From assembly GCF_009914755.1 (NCBI RefSeq), contig NC_060925.1: a stretch of 64,000 bases of DNA; one strand, 5' to 3'. Source of the DNA: the human T2T-CHM13v2.0 reference genome, Homo sapiens. The position numbers were made by a program, and so were the translations under genes. Of the stretch, positions 12,437-28,059 are shown in pieces. The first letter of the stretch is position 1. Every line of letters starts with the position of its first letter. The notes beneath the pieces are model-generated. The model was not told the DNA's origin and did no database searches. It saw only the letters and a program-made list of their open reading frames with translations.

Positions 12437-13569
12437 AGAGCTATACTTGCTTTGACCAAATTTCTTCAGTCACATCTCTTACCTTGGAAACCAAGAAAAA
12501 TGTTAACACTGAAATTCCCGAGAGTTTAAAACAAACATAAGGCTTTCTGTAATTGAAGCAAAAACACATTCTACGTTTGTCCAGGATTTATTCACCATTT
12601 TAATCAGGCACTAAAAGTCTAAGTTTGAGAAAGTTTGTCTGTCTTGACCTGGAGTTAAAACTGGGTTGACCTGAAAAAGGAACTGTTTTGTTCCTTTTTC
12701 AAAGCACGGTGTGGAGAGAGCTATTGCCTGGTTAGAAGCAGCTGTGAGATCTTTGGTAAATGGGGAAGGAGAGGTCCTAAGGAACAAGCAGGAAAATGGT
12801 CCCTTATGATTTTTCAAGTCATTTGGTATGAAATAGCCTTGACCTTATTTATACGTTGTGAATGAATGGTTCTGAACTTGAAATATGTATTCGTGAGGAA
12901 GGAAAAACAGTTGGGACATGTTCCTCCATTTTGGTGTATATTTTAGGATATCATCCTTTAGGAAGAAGGCATATTCTCTTTGTTTTTTTTTTTGTTTGTT
13001 TGTTTGTTTGTTTGTTTTTCTTAACCATATCTTCTAAATGCATTAATCAGTGGAGAGGTGACCCAGAAATCACTGTGAAAGTTGGGACCTTATCTTTGCT
13101 GTTTGAGCCCAGATCTTGCATTTAGAATCATGGCATGGTGGGCAGGATCTGAATACTCTCCCTGGAGAAGATGACCCTGGCAGCCATGGGTGGCTGGGTG
13201 GCCAGGGCTCCACAGGAGGACAAAGCACAGAAAACAAAGGGACTTAAGAGCATGAGCTGGCCATGACAAGCCATGCCATAAGCTTTAAGAAATATGTCTT
13301 GTTTCTGAAGAGTTGGCTGTTGCCAACTCTTCTCCAAACATTGAAATCCCTTAGAAATCTGCTTCCTTTCCCCATTAGATTTTGTGTGTGCGTGTGTTTA
13401 TTATTTTGGTAGGCGGTGGAGATACTGCACTAGAGCTTGTCAGATGAGTAAGCTGCTCTTTGGGAAGACATCTTGACTGAGGTACCTATTCTGGAGCAAC
13501 ATTTCTTTTGGGCCAATACAGTACTTTGTTACGCGTTGAGCTACAGGATTCTACACAGGCAGAATGATC

Positions 13570-13950
13570 CTAAGGGAAAGTGCTGGATTGGGAGGCAGAA
13601 AGCTTGGGTTCTAGTTTAGCTTTGTCATTGGCTACCATGATTTTGGAGATAACTCACCTAAGGTCTCAAAATCCCTAGTTTCCCTATAAAATCCCTGTAA
13701 GATGGGAACAACAATTCTTGGCCCTTATAATAATGATGATGATGATGGTTAGCGTTTATCAAGTGCTTCTTATGTCTCAGCTCTGTTTTAGGTGCTTTAC
13801 ATATATGAACTCATGAATTTCTCAACAGTCCTGTGAGGTAGCTGCTATTATTATCCCCATTTTACAGATGACGCACAGTGAGGTTAAATAACTTGCTCTG
13901 AAGCACATGGCTAGTAAGTGATGAGGACAGATTATGAACCCAAGCTGACT
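13570..13950. mobile_element. MIR SINEs (two, opposite orientation)
   Basis: Core TATTATTATCCCCATTTTACAGATGA...GAGGTTAAATAACTTGC. Confidence 0.75.
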
Positions 13951-14216
13951 TAACACTGGTGTGAAGCTGAAATGAAAGAATTCAGTTGAAACTATGAGAT
14001 GCTGTACACACTCAGTTGATTGTCCTCATTTCCTAGTAACTTGGTACAATAAAGAATTAATGCAGTGTTTTAAATGTCTTTCTGTTACATACCTACTGTA
14101 CCTCCCTATGCCTTGGTATTCTCATCTAAAATACTAGGGGTTAAACATTAGAAACTTTCTAAGGTCCTTCCAGCTTTCAGGGTTCATGATTTTTGCTTAT
14201 TAATACGTTGAAGATC

Positions 14217-14801
<585 letters not shown>

Positions 14802-17134
14802 CTACAGGTGAACTTGTGACTGGATCACTTTAATCAGGATGTTTTAATCAGGATAACTATTAAACTTTGGACTTCCAGTAAGCTCAGAGACTTCTAGAGT
14901 TAGAAAATTCCCTGCTGTAACTGGTTTGTATGGTTTTCCCCATCCATGTTGGTAGGTCAGAAATGGAATTTGTGTAACTCTTAGTATTACAGATATTTAT
15001 GTTGTTGTGTGCAGTACTTAAATTTAAAAGAAAAAGGAAGTTGATTGATTGTCCTTAATGAAAATTAAAGAAATAAGGAAGTGGGAGGCTCTTAATCTCT
15101 GACATCTGGTCTGGGACAAACCTGGGGGAGGCAGTGTGGTTATGGAACTGGTATAGGGTTGATCTAGACATCTGGGTTGTTCGGGAAGTGACTTCAGGCC
15201 CTTTTAGGATGTGGAGTGGCCTCTTGCCTCTTACATTGCTCTTTATGTATTAGGCCTTTTGTCAACTAAGGATTTCTTTGAGGATTGTGATGAAGCATGC
15301 TGTAATGTGGAATTGAAATGTTTTCATGTTTATGTTTGTTTTCCTTTCGCCTAATGAATAGGCTAGTAATAGTCTGTTGTTTTAAATGAGTACTATTAAT
15401 AATAATGACAGCTCATATTTTTATCATTACAGCATTTAAAAAATATCATTCATAGGGAGGAAGAAATGTAGGGTAATGGAGGACCAGCTATGTAATGTTG
15501 AAGATGTCATTCCACCTTTGGGATTCTCAGCTTCTCAGCTGGAAAGTGGAAAGATGGATTACTAGTTCCTAGCTTCATGATTTTTAGGACATATGAACAA
15601 AAAATGGCTATTGTTAAGTGAGTTGTCACATAGAGTCTAGATGTTGATTATTGTCCTGGGGGAAGGATAGAAACCAGAGAATAGATAGCACAGGTTCTTC
15701 CTACTCCCCTCTTCTACTTCTGGTTTAAGGTTTCATCTTTTTTTTTTTTCTTTGTTTTCTTCTTAAAGGTTTCATCTTTAAATGACATTAATTAGGCTTT
15801 GTGTTTTTAGCCATTTTTAGAGTCCGTTGTGCTGTATCTCCTGATCTCTCTTTTTCAGTGATTTGTGGTTATGTAAGTTATCTCAGTTCTTTGCTGTCAG
15901 CAATTTTAAATCAAACATTGAAGCATTTTGGGTAGATGACGTGTTACTTTGATTAATGAGGTTCTTGATCTGGATATTTTAAGGCCAGTAACAACACAAT
16001 ATGGAAACACCTAATTCTCCTTAAAACTGCAGTAGTGTTCTCACTGCCAAAGCTGAAACCGATTTGTGCTGGTTACTTCTTTCTAAGAGTGAATGTGTGC
16101 GTATGAGCTTTCTTTTGCTGTTTTGGCCAGGGAGTGGGACTGCCAGTCCAGAAAGGCCAGCTCTTCTGGATTCAGTAGCAAAAGAGTTAATCATTAAGCA
16201 GAGACAGAAACCTCCCAAGTTTCTAACCTTCTCTTGCGTTAAATCTCCTTACTCTTATTAGAAGAAAAGGCATATGCACACTTATGCATGCGCGTGTGCA
16301 CGCACGCACACAAACACCATACACACAAATACTCTAACAAAACTTAATGTAAAATGATCTCATGTTTATGAGAGCTGGAATTACTTGGGAGGGATACTTG
16401 TGTTCTGCAGGCTTAGTGGGCACGATGTGAAAGCAAGGCTATTTGGCCTGTGGAGATTGAAGATAAGAGCGTGATATGTAATTGAGTAAGAATTTGAAAA
16501 ATTATCCGATAACGTTAGGAGCAGCAAAGCAACTGCTTCTACTTTTTTATGCTTGAAACTATTTGGAGTAGGAGTGAGGAGCTAGCATTGTTTTCAGGGC
16601 ATGGGAACCCCCTCCCCACCTCACTAGCCAAATATGTTTGCCTAGGCCGAGAGTGTCAGATCTCTGAGAGATCTTGACAGAGTATTTAAATACATTCTGC
16701 CCTCGGACAGTTCTTCAGTGTTAATCATTTCAGGAAAAGGGCCGTCAGCTAACCTTTAAAATCCTTTCCAGAATAGTATACCACAGCCCACCTTCCCATC
16801 TTGTTCCAGTGACCCAATCTATAAATGGTCAGTTCCTTCATTTGCAGAACTTGAAATAGTTTAAAGAAGAGACTTGATGAATTGAACTCATGTTTTTGCT
16901 GCTGTGGCCACACCCTCTTTACAGACATTTGCTTCATTTGGGTTCTCAGCAACTTGGGAAGGAGGAGGCTATTGATGAAACTTTCAAGGCGTTGGCTTAT
17001 AGCTACTGGAGTGTTCTTTCCTGTCCCCTCCCCTCCTCACTTCCTCCAGTGTTGGGACACTTTGTATTGAACAAGAAGATCATGAGCTAATTTCAACCTG
17101 GCAGCCATTTATTTAGCACCTACTGTATGTTGTC

Positions 17135-17429
17135 TTTTTTTTTTTTTTTGAGGCAGAGTCTTGCTCTGTCACTCAGGCTGGAGTGCAGTGATGTTATCTT
17201 GGCTCACTGCAACCTCCGACTCCCGGATTCAAGTGATTCTCCTGCCTCAGCCTCCTGAGTAGCTGGGATTACAGGCACGTGCCACCACGCCTGGCTAATT
17301 TTTAAATTTTTAGTAGAGACAGGGTTTCACCATGTTGTTCAGGCTGGTCTCGAACTCCTGACCTCATGATCCGCCTGCCTCAGCCTCCCAAAGTGCTGGG
17401 ATTATAGGCATGAGCCACCGTACCTGGCC
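17135..17429 (-). mobile_element. AluS, full length
   Basis: Poly-T followed by antisense Alu. Confidence 0.95.
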
Positions 17430-17515
17430 TATATGTTTTATACTATGCTAAGCTGTGGGCATAGAGAGATACAGAAAAAAGTTTCTGCCTTCAAGGAGCT
17501 GCAGTCTATTAGAAA

Positions 17516-17903
17516 TGTCTTAGTCCGTTTTCTGTTGATTATAACACAATGCCTGAAACTGGGTAATTTGCAAAGAAACCATTTTTTTTTTCCGGTTCTG
17601 GAGGCTGGGAAGTCCAAGATTGAGGGCTGAATCTGGTGAGGGCCTTCTTGCTGATGCGAACTCTCCACAGAGTCCCAAGGTGGCGTAGGATATCACATAG
17701 AGAGGGAGCTGAGTGTGTAAACTTGCCAGCTCGGGTCCCTCTTCCTCTTCTTAAAAAGCCACTAGTTTCACTGCCAAGATAACCCATTAATCTATTAATC
17801 CATTCATGATGACATGCCTTCATGATCCAGTCACCTCTTGAAGGCCCCACCATGGGGATTAAGTTTCAACATGAGTTTTGGAGGGGACATTCAAACAATA
17901 GCA
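17516..17903 (-). mobile_element. MaLR solo LTR (MST/MLT1A-like)
   Basis: TGTCTTAGTCCGTTT...GTTCTGGAGGCTGGGAAGTCCAAGAT...TTTCAACATGAGTTTTGGAGGGGACATTCAAACAATAGCA; TG...CA termini. Confidence 0.88.
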
Positions 17904-18149
17904 AGAGGGGTGATCGGATTACACAAGTACAGTGATAGGGTCATAGTAGAGAGATATCGAAGGCTCTGTGGATAAGGAATAGTCTAACAGTGAGTAATGC
18001 TGATGAGACTGGTTGATAGAGGAAGATGATGATGTTACCTAGTATTTACAGGGCACAAGGCAGTCGAAGTGCCTTGCCATACTTTATCTCATTTAACCTC
18101 AGAATTGTACAACACAGGGCAGGATGATATCCGGCCTTTTTTTTTTTTT

Positions 18150-18720
18150 TTTTTTTAATATTTTATTTTGAGATAATTATGCATTCACATGCAGTTGTAA
18201 GAAATAATGCAGAGAGATTGCACATACCTGTTACTTAGATTCCTCTGATGGTTAACATCTTGCAAAACTATAACACAATATCATAATCAGGACCTTGACA
18301 TTGATACAGTCAAAATTCTAAACAGTTCCATCACTGCAAGGATCACTCATGTTGTCCTTTTCTAGTCCTGCCCCTCCCAGTTCACTCTTTCATCTCACCC
18401 CACTTTAGTCCTTAGTCCTTAACTGCTGGCAACCACTAATCTCTTGTCCATGTTTATAATATTGTCATTTCAAGAATATTATAAAAATGGAACCATTAGC
18501 ATGTAGCTTTTTAGGATTGGCCTTTTTTTTTCACTGAGCACAAGTCTCTGAAGACTCATTCAGGTTGTTGTGCATATCAATAGTGTATCCCTTTTTATTG
18601 CTGAGCAGTATTCTATGGTATGAATGTATGATGGTTCGGACATATGGGTTGTTTCCTATTTTAGGCTGTTATGAATGAAGCTGCTCTGAACATTCATGTA
18701 TAGATTTTTGTGTATACAGG
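18150..18720 (-). mobile_element. Old L1 (L1MC/MD-type) 3' fragment
   Basis: TTTATTTTGAGATAATTAT..CACATGCAGTTGTAAGAAATAA..., an antisense L1 3' UTR. Confidence 0.8.
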
Positions 18721-18743
18721 TATTTTTTAGAAAATAGAGATAA

Positions 18744-18871
18744 GCCAGGCATGGTGATGTGTACCTATAGTCCCAGCTACTCTGGAGGCTGAGGCAGGAG
18801 AATCTCTTGAGCCCAGGGGTTCAAGATGAGCCTGGGCAACATTTTGGAGATCCTGTCTCCAAAAAAAAAAA
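18744..18871 (+). mobile_element. Alu monomer (FLAM/FAM-like)
   Basis: Single arm with poly-A. Confidence 0.85.
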
Positions 18872-19072
18872 GATGGAGGTAGTTTTTTGTAATGGCAAGA
18901 TTGTACATTAGAAGATAGAAAAGTAGGTTTTGCATCTTACTCGGGAAGATATATGTATATTTCTCTCCCTTTGGACTGATCATTTAAGTTGTCTCAATTT
19001 CCTTATCAAGAAACTGGCATAATATATGTTCTGCCTACATCCCAGGGTGGTTGTATAGATAAACTGAGATAA

Positions 19073-19321
<249 letters not shown>

Positions 19322-19435
19322 CTAATAATTGATGTGTAGATGTTCCTTTTATATTCTGTTTACTCATTGTTGACGATTATAGGTTGCAATACCTGCTCCC
19401 AGATTTAGTTTATCATCTTACTTTTAATTGAATTA

Positions 19436-19766
<331 letters not shown>

Positions 19767-22700
19767 TTCCAAATTTAATATAGTCAAATTTACTTTTTGT
19801 TAAAGAAATTAATTTTCTTTACTGTTTTGATTTATTTAAAAGACAAACACACACAATCATAAGGATATTCTTCTATATTTTCACCTACACATTTTGCCTT
19901 TCACATAACGTCTTGAATAAACAAGGAGTAAATTTTCGTGAACAGCGTGAGGTAGGGATCTAACTTTATTTTATATTCCATGTGGCTATATTTATTAAAG
20001 GGTTCATCTTTTTCCCCATTGATTTGTAATGTCTCATTTGTACATACATTAAGTTTATTATACATATTTGTGGGCAAGATGAGTTCTCCATCATGCTGTA
20101 GCGGTGCTGCCGCTGGATGTGCATCAGGGGTTGCTGATGAGGGAGTCAAATATTTTCCCCTTTGAGGTAGCAGCACTAGGCTGTCCCCACAGCTCCAACC
20201 AGAATAGCTCTGCTTTTATGTTCACGATATTGGGTGTCCCGCTAAGATTTTATTTGAATAACTTTTTAGATGGAACAATTTTAAAAGTTAAAAACTACCA
20301 TTTTTAAACAAATTACATTTTGGATCGTTTTTTGAGATAGCAAGGGTTTCGTCTCTCATCTTGGGTTGGATGAAAAGTGTAAGACAACACAGAACTCAGA
20401 ACCTAGCAGCGAGGGAAGTGCATGTTTTTCAAAGGGAAAGGAATGTGTTATTTTGCAGTTGTCAGTAGTTCCAAATATATCAACTATTCCACAAAATAAT
20501 GAGTATGTAGTTTCTGTGAGAGACTTAGAACTGTCTAGAGCCTAGTCCTTATTGTCTGTGATCATAGAAACCATGGAGGAAAAAAGCCTACCTATACGAA
20601 AGTAGTTAAAAAAAAAATAACCCACAGCAATACAAGAAATGACATCAGCCAGCAGATGACTGAAAATGAGTGGTGTTGATAAGAACTTGAGGAATTTTGA
20701 GATGGGAGAGGTGTGGGCCAGAATGAATAAGACCTTGATTTATGGACTAGGATTTGGCTAAGTCGAGAGTAGGAGGAAAGAACAGAGGCAGTGTGTCTTC
20801 CCTCAGTGGAGTTCCCACAGCCCCCACCGTGCTTACCGCTCCTGCATCACTTCCTACACCCTAATACAATGATGGTTTTATCCACCCTCACCCCCACCCC
20901 CACGCTCCTTCCCCCAGACTACACTCACTACCAGAAAGCTTGTGAGTTCTTTGAGGGTGGGCAGTGGGCAGCCTGTCATTTCAACATTCCCAGCCTCCTG
21001 CACCATGTTTGCATGTGGTAGGCATCCAATAAATGTGTGCTGAGTGAGGGAGTAGACTCTTGGGCTGGAGCAGAGGAGTTATAGACAGAGGAGTAAGATC
21101 GAACTGGATAGTTTTTGATGACCTTGAAGATCAGCCAGAGTCTGGCTTCATACTGGGGCAACAAAGAACAGTGGGGGCACTCTGAGTTGAAGAGTGATGA
21201 AGTGTGATGAAGTCATTTCAGAGGGACTCCCTGGTTGCTCTGAGTTGCCTGGCTGGGGGCAAGAGGCTTGTTCCTGCCCACACAGCATACCAGGCCTTGT
21301 GGTGGGTGCTGCAAACATGCTGTTAAATGTGATCAATTACTGGAGTCACCTGTGAGGGAATTGCGAGTCCCCATTTACTGAACAAGAAATTTGAGTCAGG
21401 CAGATGATCCGAGGTGATGGTGACCCATGATGGAATGGGGACTGCAGCTCAGGTCTGTCCAACTCTAAAGCCTGCTGGTTCTTTTATCTTGGATATTATG
21501 TTTGACCACACTGTAATCAAGAGATACCACTAAGATGGGAAGATGAGCTGCCGAGATGGGTGTGGGGCCTAGGGGTGAAGTAAGACTCAGGAATGCCTGA
21601 GGTTTTTAGTTTGGGAGACAGGGAGAACGATGGTGGCAATGGCAGAAATAGACATATGGAAGCCAGGAAGAGGTGCAGCAGTTGGTGAGAGAATGAGCAT
21701 TATTTTAGATACCCTGAGTTTGAGATGACAGTTCCATTCAAGCAGGAATTTCATTAGGCAAGTGACAGTGCCACCCCCATCCGCCTTTCATTAAATCTGT
21801 CATTTTCTTTTCTTCTAAATTGGGAATGTTGCAGAGAAACTGTGAAATAGATGACACCCCTTTTACGTGCCAAATACCTGACCTCCTTTTGCAGCTTCTT
21901 ACCTTTCACTTTCAGAAATATTCTCCCTTGAAGGGGCTTCGTGTTTGTTTGCAGGAATTAATAGCATTTTCTTTCCCTGTGCCCTGTAGGGAAAGAGCAC
22001 AGCTAAACAAGGAGAGAGAAAACTGGAGTTCTGAGCTGCCTTGCTCCGAGTTTGGTTGGAGGCCCCTTATGAGGGTCAGCTGGGAATGAAAGAAAAGTCA
22101 AGTCAAGCTCTGCCAGCACCCTCCACCACCTGACCTCCCATGGGTGACTGAAGAGCCAGCTAATGAACAAGTTCTTTTAAAGGCAGCCTGGGGAGTGTGG
22201 GAGAGGCTGAGTTCAGCAAAACATGACTAGGTGGTGCTGGTGCTGTTTCGGGGTGTGGAGGCAGAAGTGGTTGATCTCCTTAATTTGAATAACTTTGGAA
22301 TGGGGAGATGGCGCTTTGATAGAGGATTTGATTGGAGATTTTGATTGTAGGATATGTTGAAAGAGGGGATCAGGCTAAAGCCATTTATAGGAAATTATAT
22401 TTCAGATATTGGCAGTTGAACTTAATGTATTCTATTCTCACTTCCAAAGGCTTTGAATTTTTAGTGTTATTTCTATTTTGAGGAGAGTGGCCTATGAGTA
22501 CTTCTCATCCAATGTGTTCAATCCAAGGAGACTATAGGAGTTATTACTCTCCTCCTTTTTAAATTCTTTCTGTGTAACAGAGATTACCCACAGTTGGCTT
22601 GAGAGTTTTACGCCACAGTTTGGTAGAAAAAAGACCACTCAGCTGGAGGTCAGAGGCTTGGGTACCAGTGGTAGCTCTGACCCTTGCCATCAACTATGTG

Positions 22701-23339
22701 GCCCTGGGTAAGTCTCTAACCTCTCCTGGCCTCAGCCTCTTCAGATATAGGATGAACATATAATTCCTACATCTAGGAGTTGCTGTGTTGACTAAATGAA
22801 GTAATGCTTGTGTATCAGCTTTGCAAATTACATACCCCAAACAAATATATATTAAGATTTTATTTGCTGCAACAGAAGAAAGTGGACCATCTCTTGGTGT
22901 TTGTTTTGATGAGACTTGACCTATATAACACTGGCTCAAGTATGTTTGTTAAAGTGAATCACCTGTTGCTTTCTGGGCCATACGTGAAATGACGTGCCAT
23001 GTTACAGTGAACCCCTTTTGCACCACCCCAAGTTCAGGTTGCCCTTACACAATTTGGGCGAGATAGATGAACACGCACCTTCCTCCTTCTTAGAAACAAA
23101 ACAGTGACTTGGGTAGGGTAGACATTAGGAAAGTGACTTAGCTGGTAAATATGTGATTAATAATGGAGATTTGGCCTAAGCATGAGTGCGAGCCTCTGAA
23201 TACGGATGGGTAAATGCTAAATAGCAAGTCTGCCAAGTTGAGCACATTGGGGAACCTCTTGGGCTCTGTTCATGCTTGAAGTATGACTGTGCCAATACTG
23301 TACTCGCTATTTAACAAAATGAGGTCATACCAATCACAC

Positions 23340-23490
23340 TATTTTGCACGTATTTGTTTACACATCTCTTGTCTGCTAAGCTATGAGCTCTTTGAGAGCA
23401 GGGACTGTTTCTGTTTATCGTTGTTTTCTAGCATCTAGCAGAGTGCTTAGCATATAATAAATGTGTATTGGATGAATGAATGAACGAATG
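23340..23490 (+). mobile_element. L2 3' end
   Basis: GAGCTCTTTGAGAGCAGGGAC...TGGATGAATGAATGAACGAATG. Confidence 0.75.
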
Positions 23491-26110
23491 AAATTCTTTG
23501 CATTTTTATTCGGTTAGAGAGATTTTTTGAAAGGCATATATGTGGGATTATTTGTGCCATCATCTGCTAATTTCACAGATGTCTTCTCAACTGTAGACCT
23601 TCATATAAGGGAAAGACCTATTTACGCATAGTTGAGTTGCAGCTGCTGCTGCCCTGGCCTGATGGCACAGTGGTGAGGGCTGTCTCAATATCTGTCCCAT
23701 GTCTCTTTCATAGAATAATACCCTCCCTCAGCCCCTTTTCCCTGTATCTTCCTTTCAAGGGTTGCTGTGTAGTTAACTCTGCCTCAGGCAATTTATCTTA
23801 TCTGTACTTTTCTCTTCCTCATTCCTCTTCTCTTTTCCAGTGCTTGTCCAGTAACCTCAAGGAAATCTGTTCCAACGCTTCTTTGCTGTTGGTGTATTCC
23901 TATTCATGAGTTAAATCCCAAACAAAACATACTCTAATCAGGGCAGTCGAACTTGAAAAGAGTCAGTGAGAAATCTGAAAGGAGGAAAAGCCTGGCCACG
24001 AGGCTCCAAGTGAAATGAAAGCCATAAACACCAGCTTCGTCAACCTTGAAAGCTTCTAAAAGTGCCCCTAAGCCTCCTTTTGAATCACTAAAAGTTTTCA
24101 CTTACCTCCCTGTCTTTCTCAAATAAAATTTCCTCTTTCTCAGCCATGAGTCTTAAAAAACAAAGCAAAACAAAACACTTCACACCTGCTTCTTATTCAG
24201 TTTTACACTAGTGGAAAGAGAACGGGATTTAGAGTTGGAAGGCCAACGTGAGCGTCCTGCTGCCACTTAGTAGCTGTGTGACTCTGTATAAGCTTCTAGG
24301 CTTTCTGTGCCTCAATTTCTTCAACCGTTGACAATATGACCGTGTATCATCACATAATACACTATGATGTGAAGTTTATGTAGATGAAGAACTCTTTCAA
24401 GCTCACAAAGCACCAGATACATGTCAGATATTTCTAATGTTACACCAGTTTTTAATATCATGTTTCATTTCACATACGGTACTTGATATCTCAATTACAT
24501 TAGAGGCTAAGACAGTTTTCTACCAGCATGAGAACTGAAACACGATAGCATGCCTTTTATGGCGAAATGTGTTTGAACTTCAAACAACAAATATATAAAA
24601 CTTATTATGCAATACACCCTATCAGCAAATTAATTGAAGGCTGCCTCTAGATTGTTAGGTGTGGATGACAGGAACTTTATTTCATACTTCTTTTGTACAT
24701 GCCATTGCTGTTTAACAGTGTTGGGTTCATAACAGGTGATTAGACAGTCTTGTTGATAGTTTGGAGAACCATCTTAATCATGACCTAGAATCATTCTTAT
24801 TTCACAGCAACCTGTGTCTTGACTAATGTTAAACTGACTAATTTGTTTTGAAGCTGAGAATGAGAAATTGGAGGTCCTTCTCATAGATCTGAGATTCCTT
24901 TTTATTCCTGAGTTGGATAAATTAGGGTAAACAAAATCAAATACTTGTAAAAATACTGTACAAAGGAATGACATATGTATGCTGGTTCCCTAGCAGGGTA
25001 ATTCCATCAGCGCTTTAAAAAAAAAAAAAAAAAGATTACATTCCTTCTCAACCAGCCAAAGGAGCCATTTTCCAATCTCTTATCTTGTTGGGGTGTGTTA
25101 GAAAAATATACCAAGTGCAAGAACCTGTAAGCCTGGGGTTCATTAACCTGCTTAAAACCAGTTTTACTTCAAATAGGTGATCTTTAGTGTCAACCGTTGT
25201 ACTTTTGTCTGCAGGGAACAACTCAAGTTTCGTCCTGTCCTCAGTAAGCAGATGAGAGGTAGGGTTGACGTTAGAAGCCAAGTTTTTGTGGAGCAATAAG
25301 GTAAAATAATGAAGGAAGCCTATAGAATTCCAGGAGAGTTTAAAGAAAACAGTAGAATACTTTCTTAGCAAGGGTATGGGTGGGCTTCTGAGTGGAGGAA
25401 GCAGGCTAGACCTTGGGATGTTCCAGTCCAAATTCTGTTTCGGAAGCTCCCTAAATGTATGCAGAGGTTGTGTAATTGTATTCATCACTGTTGAATGTAT
25501 TATTGGTTTGATTTGGTTTCACTGCTCCTAAGTTCCTTTTGTCTTATCTTGCAAGCATATCACTCTGAGTACTTAAATCATTAACAACTCATTAAAACTC
25601 TTGACCATTTTCATTTTCTACCAAGCTGAAGCCTGGGTGTGGTGGAAACTTGTGCAGGCCTGCTTGGCTGTGCCGCAACTGAGCAGCTCCTAGCAGTTTG
25701 GCTGTCAAAAGGCCACTGAATAAACAAATTGATAGGAATGGCGGACATAATCTCTGCAGTTCCTTGAAAAGAAGGAAGGGGCTGCAGGATACAGGATAGT
25801 GAAGGATCCTTCTCTTCAACCTGAAGGACTCTTCAGCAATTAACACCTTGACTCTCTTTTTATGCAACACTTTTTTTTGTCCTCTCAGAGACTCTATTTG
25901 TACTTGGTCTTTTCTTCTTTCAGGATTTCTATAGCTTCTTTTAGAGACTCAAAGTGCTTCCAGTTTTGTTACCTCATTTATTCTCTAGGGGCAGGAATTA
26001 AGGTCTTGATGGAGATGAAGTGGTACATCACTTACTGGGCTGTGGAGGCAGTCTACAACAGGCAGTTGCAGCAGTTCTTCTGGTTATACGTTGAGAGAGA
26101 GATATATATG

Positions 26111-26113
26111 TAC

Positions 26114-26155
<42 letters not shown>
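26111..26155. repeat. (CA)n microsatellite
   Basis: Read directly. Confidence 0.95.
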
Positions 26156-26157
<2 letters not shown>

Positions 26158-26491
26158 TACCTTATTTAGGATCTCCCAGAAGATAATTTTAAGTATTTGT
26201 AATTTCTATATATTTTAAATAGCTGATTTATGCCTCATAAGTAAAGAAAAAAAGGTTTCTCTGCTTTTGACTTGAATTGTTGAACTATTTGTCCCTTCGT
26301 AAACTGATCAATTGCCGTGCAGATTGAGAGAAAGCCATTCAATCAATCAAAATGTTTCTACTGCATTGGCATGCTTTGTAATGGAAATGAAAATGACAGC
26401 ATGTTTTTGTCAGTTTAAATGAATAGGTTTCCTTTAGATCGATGCTGAAGTTGGTATTATAGGTATCTAGCCTATGAATGCTAATAATTAA

Positions 26492-27114
<623 letters not shown>

Positions 27115-27720
27115 AGAATGGTATTCTTAACGTATGGACTTAAAAGGAGCATTTGCAAGGAAGAGTGGCAGTGGCAGTATTGTATGGGGAGCTCTGATTC
27201 TCATTTATGCAAGATATGTAATGCCTTTCTAAAGAATAGTGTTGCTACTTACAGCTCGGGCTTGGAGATAAGACCCACTACTCTGCAGGTCCACTTGAAC
27301 TTCTTTGTAAGCCCACTTGAACTAATCTGGAAGAGTTTCAAGCTTTGGTACCCTATTTGCCAACAGCTGGGTACAAAACCACCTATTGGGTATGATTTTA
27401 GGGCTATTGTCAAGGTCCCTGAAGGTGGATAGGCTGAAGACATCTCTTCTACTGGTAGCTTTATCTCTTTAAAACATTCTTTTATTGTATCTCACTCAAA
27501 AGACTAGCTGTTTATTTATACTTTAGTATGAGATTCCATTTGTTTCTTTACAAGGTTTTGATAAGGGTCTAAGACTACTAGATGCCAGTTTAGTGAGGGA
27601 GGGCACTCTGGGGGAAGTAAGCAGGTATATGGGGCTAAAATCAAAAGGTTGAAGCACCTCCAGTTGGACCTACTTAACAATTTTGCTTAGCCTTGAACTC
27701 TTGGCCTCTCTGATAATTAG

Positions 27721-28059
<339 letters not shown>

